Below are positions 1-8,574 of a DNA stretch of 64,000 nucleotides, one piece after another (the first letter of the stretch is position 1; each line of letters starts with the position of its first letter). Origin of the DNA: Spirochaetia bacterium (GTDB taxonomy: Bacteria > Spirochaetota > Spirochaetia > SZUA-6 > Bin103); assembly GCA_965208575.1 (NCBI GenBank), contig CBDBOV010000006.1, positions 224,001-288,000 of the forward strand, written 5' to 3'. The translations under genes were made by a program, and so were the position numbers. The notes beneath the pieces were generated by a model, which saw only the letters and a list, made by a program, of their open reading frames with translations, was not told the origin of the DNA and searched no databases.

Positions 1-1
1 C

Positions 2-379
2 TTCGACTACGACAACGACGGCGACCGCGACATCCTGATCGTCAACTTGAGCGGCCCGGTGAGCCTGTTCCGCAACGAACTCACCGGCCCCGGAACCAAC
101 TACCTGCGCGTGTTCCTGGACCGCGGCGACAGTCGCGCGGTGGCCCCGGACGGGATCGGCGCACTGGTATCGATCCGGTCCGGCGGCACCGAGCAGCACC
201 GGTACATCGGCGGTGAGGGCGTCTACCTGGGATCGGGCGAGCTCTCCGCCCACTTCGGCGTCGGTGAAGCAACGGCGATCGATGTGCTGACCGTGACCTG
301 GCCGGACGGCACCGTGACCGCGCTCCCGTCAACCCCCGCCAACCAGACCCTTACCATCCGTAACGGCGCCAGTCCCTGA
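2..379 (+). CDS. CRTAC1/ASPIC-UnbV family protein, C-terminal part (5' end outside window)
   Basis: Frame open from base 2: FDYDNDGDRDILIVN (FG-GAP-like), then LFRN...GIGALV...AHFGVG...VTWPDG...NQTLTI, typical of the ASPIC/UnbV domain. Confidence 0.85.
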   Translation, partial: FDYDNDGDRDILIVNLSGPVSLFRNELTGPGTNYLRVFLDRGDSRAVAPDGIGALVSIRSGGTEQHRYIGGEGVYLGSGELSAHFGVGEATAIDVLTVTWPDGTVTALPSTPANQTLTIRNGASP

Positions 380-439
380 CCGGCCCGGCCCGCCCTTGCC
401 GCGATCCGCAGGGTAACCGAATGACTCCGAGCATGACCG

Positions 440-534
440 TGGCCTGGGACAGATTATGCAATAGATGTGATTATCTAAAATATTTTTATTCTTTATTTAT
501 TTACACACAGTGCCGACTAGCATATAAAGGAAGG
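440..534 (+). promoter_or_regulatory. AT-rich putative promoter region with purine-rich RBS-like sequence
   Basis: Strongly AT-rich stretch in high-GC DNA ending in aaggaagg just before ATG 535. Confidence 0.45.
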
Positions 535-700
535 ATGCGCCCACCAGGATTCCGCGTACTCCACTTGTTCCCGCAGGCTGGACTCCGGCTGGACCGGCGT
601 CGCAGATCACCGTTGCGAGCCACTCGCGCCGCCATTCTGCAGGTCCCCGCCGCGTGCGGCCTGTTCCTTCTCGTCGCGCTTGCGGCGTGTAACCAGGCCA

Positions 701-714
701 CCCCCCCCCCCCCC
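701..714. repeat. Poly-C homopolymer (C14)
   Basis: Seen directly; coincides with the frameshift. Confidence 0.95.
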
Positions 715-1140
715 GTCCACGTCCGGGGTGGGGGAGTCGCAAACGCCGGTAGTTGACCCGCAGCCCGCGACGCCCGCGACGCCCGGGGCAGACACGCCGG
801 ACTCCAATGTGCCGGTGGTGACCATCATGGTGGCTTCCGCAACCGTGACGGAGGGAAATCCGGTGTTGTTCACGCTGACCGCGAAGCCGGCGCCGGCGTC
901 CACGCTGACGGTCAACGTGCGCTGGTCGCAGGAGGGCTCATTCCTGACCGGAAGCCGTTCGCAGACGGTCGACATCCCGACCTCCGGGCAGGCCAAGGTG
1001 ACGGTGAACACCGACGACGATACCACCGAAGAGGACGACGGCTCGGTGACTGGCGCCGTCCTTGCGGGCAGCGGCTATACGGTCGGCACGCCGAGTGCGG
1101 CGACCGCCGACATCACCGACAACGACGACACGGCGACGCC

Positions 1141-1225
1141 CACCGAGCGTCCTTCTCCACCGAGCGTCCCTTCTCCACCGAGCGTCCCTTCTCCACCGGA
1201 CGAGCCTTCTCCACCGGACGAGCCT
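1141..1225 (+). repeat. 18-bp tandem repeat encoding a PSPPSV/PSPPDE linker
   Basis: ccttctccaccgagcgtc x2 then ccttctccaccggacgag x2 at 1151, 1169, 1187, 1205. Confidence 0.9.
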
Positions 1226-2107
1226 GAAACGAAGGTGGGCGTGGCGCCAGGCGGTGACATCTTCGAAGGCGGAACCGCAAAGTTCTTTCTGAAAGCGACG
1301 CCGACTCCGACGTCCGATCTGAGCGTCGAAACGAGATGGGTCGCGACGGGGGACGTCGCGATCGGACTTACTCGGAGCAGGCAGTCCTTAACCATCTCGA
1401 CCTCCGGAGTACTCGAGGTGCGGGTGAGCACCCGCGACGACAGCACCTACTACGATCCGGGGACACGCTACGTGGACGTGTCGATCGTCGAATCCGACAC
1501 CTACGAAATCGCAGCCCACCCAAACCGTCGAGCAAGGGTCAGAGTCGTTGAAAACGATCCCAAGCCTGTCGTGAACGTGGCGGTAAATCGCACGCGGGCG
1601 CACAACGGTCAATCGATAATCTACACGTTCACGGCCTCGCCGACCCCGCCGTCCGCGCTGACGGTCGACTTGGAATGGGGGCAAAGTGGTGGCTCCGTGG
1701 CCCCAAGGCCCACGACGTTCAATTTGTCCACCGCTTCGGCCACCCTGACCGTAACAACCACCGTCCCCGATAATTCCTTCGGGAGGGTAGACCTTACAAT
1801 TAAAGGCGTCTCCTCGGGCTACCGTGTCGGCACCACGTCCTCCGTGGGAGTGATACTCACCGGCTAAACCAATCGATCGGTGCTCCGCTGGATGGGGTCC
1901 CGGCGGAGCCGCCGGCGCGCAGGTGAGGCGCAAGCCCTCCGGCCGTGATCGATGCCGAGTTGGCCGCTAGCACTGGGCCGGACGGCCTCGGCGCGCGCTC
2001 AGAGCGGCGAGCCTGCCTCCTTGTCCGTCACGGCACCGCGCGCTGACCGCTTCCGGCGGCCCTGAGGCTCGCCTTCCCGCCCATCCTCGCGGTAGACTGG
2101 CCGGGAC

Positions 2108-2443
2108 ATGGACCGGGAGGGCCTGCTCGCTCACATCCGGGCTACCCACTTCGAGTCGGGGGACCGGGGTCGCGCCGTGGCCGACGCGCGCCGCATCGCG
2201 CGCTTCCTGGAGCGGAGCGGCGCCCGCGGCGTGATCGGTATCGGATCCGCTTTCGATCCCGAGCGGCCGTTCAGCGACCGATCGGACATCGACCTGGTCG
2301 TGGACGGGTTGCCCGCGCGACGCTTCTTCTCGTTATCCGCGCAAGCAGCCGCAATGACTCGGTTCCACCTGGACCTGCCCCCCGCGGAAACCGCCACCCC
2401 GGCGCTGCTGCGCGTGGCAACCGAGCACGGGACGAAACTGTGA
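2108..2443 (+). CDS. Minimal nucleotidyltransferase (MNT/MntA-like antitoxin)
   Basis: 111 aa with GSAF...SDIDLVV Pol-beta motif. Confidence 0.8.
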   Translation: MDREGLLAHIRATHFESGDRGRAVADARRIARFLERSGARGVIGIGSAFDPERPFSDRSDIDLVVDGLPARRFFSLSAQAAAMTRFHLDLPPAETATPALLRVATEHGTKL

Positions 2444-2535
2444 CTCGCGAAGAGATACCCGCCACGCTGGCCGCATTCCGTGAACAGGTCGAGGCATTCC
2501 TCGCCTGGATGCTTGGCCAACTCCCGGCCTCATAG
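2440..2535 (+). pseudogene. Probable remnant of a HepT-like HEPN toxin (31 aa)
   Basis: GTGA-coupled to the MNT stop; VTREEIPATLAAFREQVEAFLAWMLGQLPAS resembles the C-terminal helix of HepT-like partners; no RxxxxH motif. Confidence 0.45.
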
Positions 2536-2549
2536 TTGCAGTCCTGCCG

Positions 2550-3098
2550 ATGGGCGAGAGGCCGCAACTGCGGATGCTGTGGCCGGCGGCGCGGCTCCAT
2601 GCGGTACCGCCGCCTGCGCTACCGGAGGGTTACGCGGTACGCGCCTACCGCCCCGGAGATGAGCCGCGGTTCTACGAGCTGATGGCGCTGGCCGGCTGGC
2701 CGGGGTGGGACGGCAAACGGCTGTCATATTCCCTGAACCGGATTCTTCCCGGCGGCTGGTATCTGGCCGAGCACACGGCCAGTGGGACGGTCGTGGCGTC
2801 GGCGATGGCGCTGCACAACTACAAGGGCACGTATCCGTTCTGGGGCGAGCTCGGCTGGCTCGCCGCCCACCCGGACCACTCCCGCCAGGGACTGGGCCTG
2901 GCCCTCTCGGCGTGCGTAGTACGCCGGTTCGTGGCCGCCGGCTACCGCCTGATTCACCTGCACACCGAGGAGTTCAGGCTGGCAGCGATCAAGACCTACC
3001 TGAATCTGGGATTCGAGCCCTGGATGGACGGCCCGAACAGCCAAGCGCAATGGACGCGGGTACTCGACCGGCTTGGTTGGAAAGCCGGCTACCCGTAG
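2550..3098 (+). CDS. GNAT family N-acetyltransferase
   Basis: HPDHSRQGLG acetyl-CoA motif A; AIKTYLNLGF motif B. Confidence 0.85.
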   Translation: MGERPQLRMLWPAARLHAVPPPALPEGYAVRAYRPGDEPRFYELMALAGWPGWDGKRLSYSLNRILPGGWYLAEHTASGTVVASAMALHNYKGTYPFWGELGWLAAHPDHSRQGLGLALSACVVRRFVAAGYRLIHLHTEEFRLAAIKTYLNLGFEPWMDGPNSQAQWTRVLDRLGWKAGYP

Positions 3099-4111
3099 AC
3101 GATGGCGGCCGGCTGGCCGAGCACCAGGACGTTGCGGGCGCGCAGACCGGTTGCGGCGGCCACCTCCCCGGCCTGCTCGCGCGACATCAGCAGCGCAACG
3201 TGGCGGCCGCAGAACGGGGCACCCTGGATCAGCCTGACGAGGGGCGGCGTGGCCGTCCGGTCGAAACGGTGACCGAACGGGATGTTGGAGACCAGCCGCG
3301 CCCCGGCGGGCAGCAGGGCGGGGTCGAACTCTTCGAAACGGATATTGAGAAGCCTGTAGCTGGCGCCCGCTAGCCGTTGGCCGGCGAGCTGGTAGGCCTC
3401 CGGCGCCACCTCCAGGCCGTAACACGATGTGGCGCCGAACCGTCGGGCCGCGGCGCGCAGGATGGTGCCGGTGCCCATGAACGGGTCGAATACGCTGGTT
3501 CCCGGAGCGGCGCCGGCCAGGGTGAGCAGCGAGGCGGCGAGGTGTCCGCGCAACGAGCCGGCGCGCAGCCCCTGGTCGGCGGACAGATTGGTGCCGGTCT
3601 GCAGGGCCAGGACGGCGTATTCGGGATCGGCCTTGCACAACAGGCGCGCCCCGGCCGCGGGCGACCGCCGCCAGCGCGGCAAGGCGGCCTTCACCGCGGC
3701 ATCGACCGCGGCCGCGACCTGGCCGCGGTTGACCCGCAGCCGCCCATAGATCTCGGTGGCGACGGAGTAACGGCGCAGGCCGCGTCCGGCGCCTCCGTGC
3801 AAGGCGGCGATGAACGACTCCTTGAACGCCCCGGAACGCTGCGTCGATCGCAATGCGCCGAGCACGGCGGTCAGCACGTCGCCGCCGCCGTCCGTACGCA
3901 CCTCCAGCAGGACGCGGTACACCGTCGCTGGGGTTGCGAGGTCGCGCACGGCCTGCGCGCTGTTCTCGTCCGCTTCCGGCACCACCACCGACGAGCCGCG
4001 ATGCCAGACCGGAAAGTGCCCCGCCACCCCGGAAGCACGCAACTCGGCGATGACCGCGATCTCCCACCCCGGCTGGGTGGTCAGGAGAAGTCGCCGCCCG
4101 CCTGCCGGCAC
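3089..4111 (-). CDS. Putative RNA methyltransferase (THUMP-like plus class I SAM domain, UPF0020/Trm11-like)
   Basis: LLLTTQPGWE N-terminus; DPFMGTGTI SAM motif; SNIPFG motif IV; start inferred at GTG 4111. Confidence 0.7.
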   Translation of the reverse strand: MPAGGRRLLLTTQPGWEIAVIAELRASGVAGHFPVWHRGSSVVVPEADENSAQAVRDLATPATVYRVLLEVRTDGGGDVLTAVLGALRSTQRSGAFKESFIAALHGGAGRGLRRYSVATEIYGRLRVNRGQVAAAVDAAVKAALPRWRRSPAAGARLLCKADPEYAVLALQTGTNLSADQGLRAGSLRGHLAASLLTLAGAAPGTSVFDPFMGTGTILRAAARRFGATSCYGLEVAPEAYQLAGQRLAGASYRLLNIRFEEFDPALLPAGARLVSNIPFGHRFDRTATPPLVRLIQGAPFCGRHVALLMSREQAGEVAAATGLRARNVLVLGQPAAIVYG

Positions 4112-4331
4112 CCACCTCGCCCGTGGTCGCTCATCCGGTGCCGGCGAAGGGCCGTGCGTACGGCGTGGCCGTACCGGCCCAGACGGGTTCCGCGACGCTG
4201 GACCAGTCCCGCGGGCGTGGTCCGGCGACTGCCTCCGCACGGCGCGCCGCGGCCGCGGCTCGGCGCCCGCGCCTGGACGCGCTCTCCGCGGACGGCCGGG
4301 CCGGCTCATCCAAGCTGCCGGCGCCCGCCCC

Positions 4332-5585
4332 CTACGGGCCGGATGGCTCGATCCTGACACGTATGTGGGAGTTGGCCCGCTCCACCGAAGCTGGATCCTC
4401 GCGGGCGCGTTCGCGCGCCTCCCGCGCGCAGCGCGCGGCCGCGGCGGCGCGGCCCAGCACCGGCTGCTGCAGGGTATCGTGCTCGTCGGGGCAGAGGTGA
4501 CGCATCAGCGGCTGCAGGGCGGGCGGCAGGGCGCGGTACTCGGCGTGCGACAGCGGGCGGCACACCATGTTGACGTTGTAGGTGTCGCCGGGCGCGAAGT
4601 CGTCGACCGACAGCCACCACGGCGCCCACCGGTTCACCACCGCAACGCGGGCGTGGCGGGTGTTGTGCATCGCCGAGGCATGCCACGAACGCGAGTCCTG
4701 GATGTACACCGACCCGGCCGGCGCCGAGACCTGCAGTTCGCCGGGAATCGGCGCCACGATCGAAATGCCATCAGTCGGCCCGCGCGGGTTGCGCGTGTCG
4801 CGGTGCGATCCGGGCACCACCCACGTGCCGCCCGATTCCGCGTCCACGTCGGTCAAGTACCAGATCATCACCAGGCACATGGTTACGTCAGGGAATGGCT
4901 GCCGTACGCAGCCGACGTTCTGGAGTGCGTCGCCGGCGCCGTAAGCGCTCAGGTCGTGCGGCCAGTCGGTATGCCAGCCGCGGAACTCCCGCCCGCGAGA
5001 CTGCACCGGGCCGAACCCGCCGGGCGTACCGTCCGGCCGGTCGGCTTCGATGATGCGCAGGTGCAGTTGGGCGATGCGCAGATGGTCGTCGAGGACGCTC
5101 CTGGCCAGCGCGGTAACCACCGGGTTGGCGAGGTGGCGCGCGTAGCGGGGCAGCCACACTATGTCGTTGGGCGGCTTGGGCGGGTGGCCGACTCGACGCA
5201 CCGGGCGCAACTCGACCGGTGAGGTTTCTGCCCCGGTGGTGCCGGACTGCAGGTTCCGGATGGCGGCGAGGTTGCGGTCGATGATGCTCTGCGCCGCGAC
5301 CACTTCGTCGCGCACCGCGGCCACCTGGCCGGCCGGGATGACGTGGTCGATGACGGTGAATCCATAGCGGCGGATCGACTCGACGCACCCGCTCACAACC
5401 TGGTCCGCCGGCAGCGAGGCGGCGTCGAAGGCGTAGCCGCGGGTGCGCGCCAGCTCCGCGCCGGCGGCCTGGACGTCGCCGGCGGCCTCTCCGATGAGCC
5501 GGCGGGCCTCGCACAGCTCCCGCTCCAGGCGCGCCGCCCGGGCGCGCAGTTCGGCAATGTTCGCGGTGTCTCCCGTACCTGGCAC
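4332..5585 (-). CDS. Phytanoyl-CoA dioxygenase (PhyH) family protein with N-terminal coiled coil
   Basis: GWHTDWPH, GGTWVVPGSH, DSRSWHAS motifs; start set at GTG 5585 after gggagg RBS. Confidence 0.85.
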   Translation of the reverse strand: MPGTGDTANIAELRARAARLERELCEARRLIGEAAGDVQAAGAELARTRGYAFDAASLPADQVVSGCVESIRRYGFTVIDHVIPAGQVAAVRDEVVAAQSIIDRNLAAIRNLQSGTTGAETSPVELRPVRRVGHPPKPPNDIVWLPRYARHLANPVVTALARSVLDDHLRIAQLHLRIIEADRPDGTPGGFGPVQSRGREFRGWHTDWPHDLSAYGAGDALQNVGCVRQPFPDVTMCLVMIWYLTDVDAESGGTWVVPGSHRDTRNPRGPTDGISIVAPIPGELQVSAPAGSVYIQDSRSWHASAMHNTRHARVAVVNRWAPWWLSVDDFAPGDTYNVNMVCRPLSHAEYRALPPALQPLMRHLCPDEHDTLQQPVLGRAAAAARCAREARERAREDPASVERANSHIRVRIEPSGP

Positions 5586-5601
5586 TGCTATCCTCCCTGC
5601 A

Positions 5602-5684
5602 CTGGGCCGGAAGAGCCGGCCGGCGGACGATGCTTGGGCAGCGGTTTCATCGTCCTCCCCGTCACGGGGTGACCGCACGGACCC
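5602..5684. repeat. Dispersed ~82-bp three-hairpin element, copy A (intergenic)
   Basis: About 66/82 identities by hand alignment to 40262-40344; also similar to 43470-43552. Confidence 0.8.
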
Positions 5685-5733
5685 GGCGCCGGGCGCGTGC
5701 CGTGCGGCACCTCCATACGCCGCGCCCGGCCCG

Positions 5734-6546
5734 TCACACCGCGAGCGGCTCGGGGCGCGTCGGGCGCCCGCGGTAGCGGCTGTTCGGCGGCTCCAGGATC
5801 GCCATCTTGCGGTCGTCCATGTCGTCGTAGCGGCGGAACTCCTCGGGGTCGAGATAGGCCCCCGACCAGGAGGTGCCGTGCGGCGAGAACTTGTAGAACA
5901 GCGTGCTGCGCCGCGTATCCGCAGTCCACGGCAGGGTACCGTGGGTCAGCGCCTCGGTGAACACGATGGCGTCGCCGGGGCGGGCCGCAATGCGCTTCAC
6001 GGTCGGGTGGATGCCCTGGCCCAGATCGCGCCACGGCTCCGGTAGCGGCAGGTTCGCCTTGTGGGTACCGGGTATGCAGCAAAAGCCGCCGTCGTTGGGG
6101 TGCGTGTCGAACAGCTCGAACGCCACCGCCACCAGGCCGTTGTAGAACCGGCCGTCGTGGTAGCGAAAGAATTGGCTGCCGCCCGTTCCCTTCCAGCCGC
6201 CGTGCAGCCGTCCGCCTTCGAATCCCTTGCCGACGTGGGTATGCACGTTGACGTGGTCGATCCGGAACGACGGCCGCGCGGCGTCGCCGTCGACACTGCG
6301 CTCGTGGTTGCCGATCAGTTCCTCCAGCAGCGGGCTGAGCGCCGGCAGGTCGAGCAGGTCGCGCCACGCGCGCGACCAATGCAGGGGGCCGCGGCTCGGG
6401 TCAACGGGGTCGCGCTGCTCGGTAGGCGTCTGCAGCGTGGATCGCAGTTCTTCGATCTGCGCCTGGCTGACGACGTCGCGCAGCACCAGGTAGCCGAAGG
6501 CGTCGAACAGGTAGCGCTGTTCCTCGGTCATCGCTTGCACACTCAC
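5734..6546 (-). CDS. Phytanoyl-CoA dioxygenase (PhyH) family protein
   Basis: YLFDAFGYLV, LHGG, GGFCCIPGTHK, FTEALTHGTLPW...RSTLFYKF. Confidence 0.85.
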   Translation of the reverse strand: MSVQAMTEEQRYLFDAFGYLVLRDVVSQAQIEELRSTLQTPTEQRDPVDPSRGPLHWSRAWRDLLDLPALSPLLEELIGNHERSVDGDAARPSFRIDHVNVHTHVGKGFEGGRLHGGWKGTGGSQFFRYHDGRFYNGLVAVAFELFDTHPNDGGFCCIPGTHKANLPLPEPWRDLGQGIHPTVKRIAARPGDAIVFTEALTHGTLPWTADTRRSTLFYKFSPHGTSWSGAYLDPEEFRRYDDMDDRKMAILEPPNSRYRGRPTRPEPLAV

Positions 6547-6579
6547 GCCGCCCAGTCTACGCGCACCGTCCGCGGCCTC

Positions 6580-7947
6580 TCAACCGGCCCCGCCCGCCAC
6601 TGCAGGCTTCCGATACGGGGCCGTCAACTCGTAGTTCAGTTCGGCGGCGGCCGCGTCGAATTCGTTCTTCAGGCGCCGCACGAGGTCGGGGTGCGCGTCG
6701 GACAGTTCGCGGCGCTCGCCCACCTCCTGCCGCAGATTGTACAGCAGCGGCGGGTCGTACTCGGTGACCGGCGCATCCGCGCCGGTGATCGGGTCGCGCA
6801 GCATGTCGTTGCTGCGCACGTGGATCTTGTAGTCGCCGGAGCGGTAGGAGAACGGCTCCAGGTAGTGGCCGCTGGAGAAGAACAGGTAGCTGGTACGCGG
6901 GCTGGCGGCGCCGGCGAGCAGCGTCTCCGACAGGTCGAGCGAGTCGAGCGGGTAGCCGGTAGGCGGCTCCGCGGAAGGCGCCTCGACGCCCGTGATCGCC
7001 GCCAGCGTCGCGTACAGGTCCACGTTGACCATGAACGCATCGCTCACGCCCGGCGCGATTCGCCCCGGCCAGGAGAAGATCGCCGGCACCCGCGGCCCGC
7101 CCTCCCAGCCGGTGCCCTTCTCACCGCGCAGCGGCCCCGCCGAGCCGCCGAACTCCCGGAACATGCACCACGGCCCGTTGTCGCTGGTGAACAGGATCAA
7201 CGTGTCCTCGCGCAGTCCCTGCTCGTCCAGGCAGCGCACGATCTCGCCCATCGACCAGTCCAGCTCCTCCACCACGTCTCCGTACAGCCCCGCCCTGCTC
7301 CTGCCGGCGAACGGCGGCGCCGAGAACAGCGGCACGTGCGGCATGTTGTGCGCGAGGTACAGGAAAAACGGTGTGCCCTCGCTCCGTGACTCGGTGATGA
7401 ATCGGATCGCCTCCTCGGTGTAGCGGCGGGTAAACAGCGACTGCCGCGCAGGGTGTTCGATCTCGTCGCGGTTGCGCAGCAGCGCCACCGGCCAGTCGCT
7501 TTCTTCGCGCGCGGTGCGAAACGTCTCGTAGTTCTGATGCTGGCCGTGCACGGTGATCGGATCGTTGCTGCCCTGGGTGCCGTAGAAATAATCGAAGCCC
7601 TGGTCGAGCGGATGCAGCCCCGCCGCCATGCCGAGGTGCCACTTGCCGATCAGCGCCGAGGCATAGCCGCGCCGGCCAAGCATCTCCGGAAGCATCGTGC
7701 GCGAACGCAGCAGGTCGGGGTTGCTCACGCCGCCGCGGCACGGGTGCACCCCGGTCATCAGCCCCTTGCGGCTCGGCATGCACCACGCCGCCGACGCGTA
7801 GAAATCGGTGCAGCGCAGCCCGCCGGCGGCCAGCGCATCCAGATGCGGGGTGGCGATCACGTCGTTGCCGTAGCAACCCAGGTCGCCGTAGCCCAGATCG
7901 TCGCACAACACGACGATGATGTTCGGAGTGCTCATGGGGGCCTTCAT
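6580..7947 (-). CDS. Formylglycine-dependent sulfatase (arylsulfatase-like)
   Basis: PNIIVVLCDDLGYGD, CMPSR (CxPxR), GKWHLG, FTSDNG; ATGA overlap with upstream gene. Confidence 0.92.
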   Translation of the reverse strand: MKAPMSTPNIIVVLCDDLGYGDLGCYGNDVIATPHLDALAAGGLRCTDFYASAAWCMPSRKGLMTGVHPCRGGVSNPDLLRSRTMLPEMLGRRGYASALIGKWHLGMAAGLHPLDQGFDYFYGTQGSNDPITVHGQHQNYETFRTAREESDWPVALLRNRDEIEHPARQSLFTRRYTEEAIRFITESRSEGTPFFLYLAHNMPHVPLFSAPPFAGRSRAGLYGDVVEELDWSMGEIVRCLDEQGLREDTLILFTSDNGPWCMFREFGGSAGPLRGEKGTGWEGGPRVPAIFSWPGRIAPGVSDAFMVNVDLYATLAAITGVEAPSAEPPTGYPLDSLDLSETLLAGAASPRTSYLFFSSGHYLEPFSYRSGDYKIHVRSNDMLRDPITGADAPVTEYDPPLLYNLRQEVGERRELSDAHPDLVRRLKNEFDAAAAELNYELTAPYRKPAVAGGAG

Positions 7948-8492
7948 GGCACCGGATCGGGCGGCGTGGCAACCCCGGCGGCGCGCAGTGCCGCGCACCA
8001 CTCGGCGACCGCCGCGGCGCGGGCACCGGGCTTGTTCCAGTGCAGCGGACGCGGACTGGTCGACGGCAGCGCCGCCGGCTCCACCCCGAGCGCCGCAAAG
8101 TGGCGGCGCCACTCGCTCCCGCGCCGCCCGTTGAGCAGGATCGGAAACGGTCCGCGCTCACCGAACAGCGCACCAACCGGATTCGGCTGCGCATCGCGGA
8201 TGGCGTCGTCCCCCGACCCGGGCCGCCGCACACGCGCATACAGATCCCAGACCGCCAGTCCACGCGCCCGCACCGCCTCGGTCCGCTCCGCGTACGGCGC
8301 CGCGGCATCGGCAACCACCCCGCAGGCGGCGAGCACGCGCCAGAACCAGTTGTGCGGATTCCCGTAATACTGCTGCGTCGCTAGCGAAGCCACGCTCGGA
8401 AACGAACCGAGCACGAGAGCCCGGATCGGCCCGTCGGGAAGGATGGGCGGCAGCCCGTGCAGCAGTGGCGATGAAACCGGTGCGGCCCTCAT
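7944..8492 (-). CDS. Uracil-DNA glycosylase superfamily protein (family 6, hypoxanthine/deoxyinosine glycosylase-like)
   Basis: LVLGSFPSVASL...YYGNPHNWFW, LAVWD, LPSTSP. Confidence 0.85.
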   Translation of the reverse strand: MRAAPVSSPLLHGLPPILPDGPIRALVLGSFPSVASLATQQYYGNPHNWFWRVLAACGVVADAAAPYAERTEAVRARGLAVWDLYARVRRPGSGDDAIRDAQPNPVGALFGERGPFPILLNGRRGSEWRRHFAALGVEPAALPSTSPRPLHWNKPGARAAAVAEWCAALRAAGVATPPDPVP

Positions 8493-8574
8493 TTGGTGGC
8501 TCGAAGATGCCGGCCCCGGACCATCCCCGTGCGTCGATGTTCGTCGTCCGAATCAGGGCGTGACCGCTGCACGG

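Larger units (their letters stand above)
535..1867 (+). pseudogene. Surface lipoprotein with Calx-beta/Ig-like repeats, frameshifted in a C14 tract (phase-variable or sequencing error)
   Basis: Frame 1 encodes hydrophobic stretch and lipobox LFLLVALAA-C, then NQATPPPP; the body (VTEGNPVLFTL..., VNTDDDTTEEDDGSVT..., ITDND) is in frame 2; removing one C from 701-714 joins them. Confidence 0.7.

Noticed and set aside
5602-5684. Dispersed element as a hammerhead, twister or HDV ribozyme
   Set aside because: Only isolated words (GAAA, CCCAAGC) match; the full catalytic cores and pseudoknots could not be built
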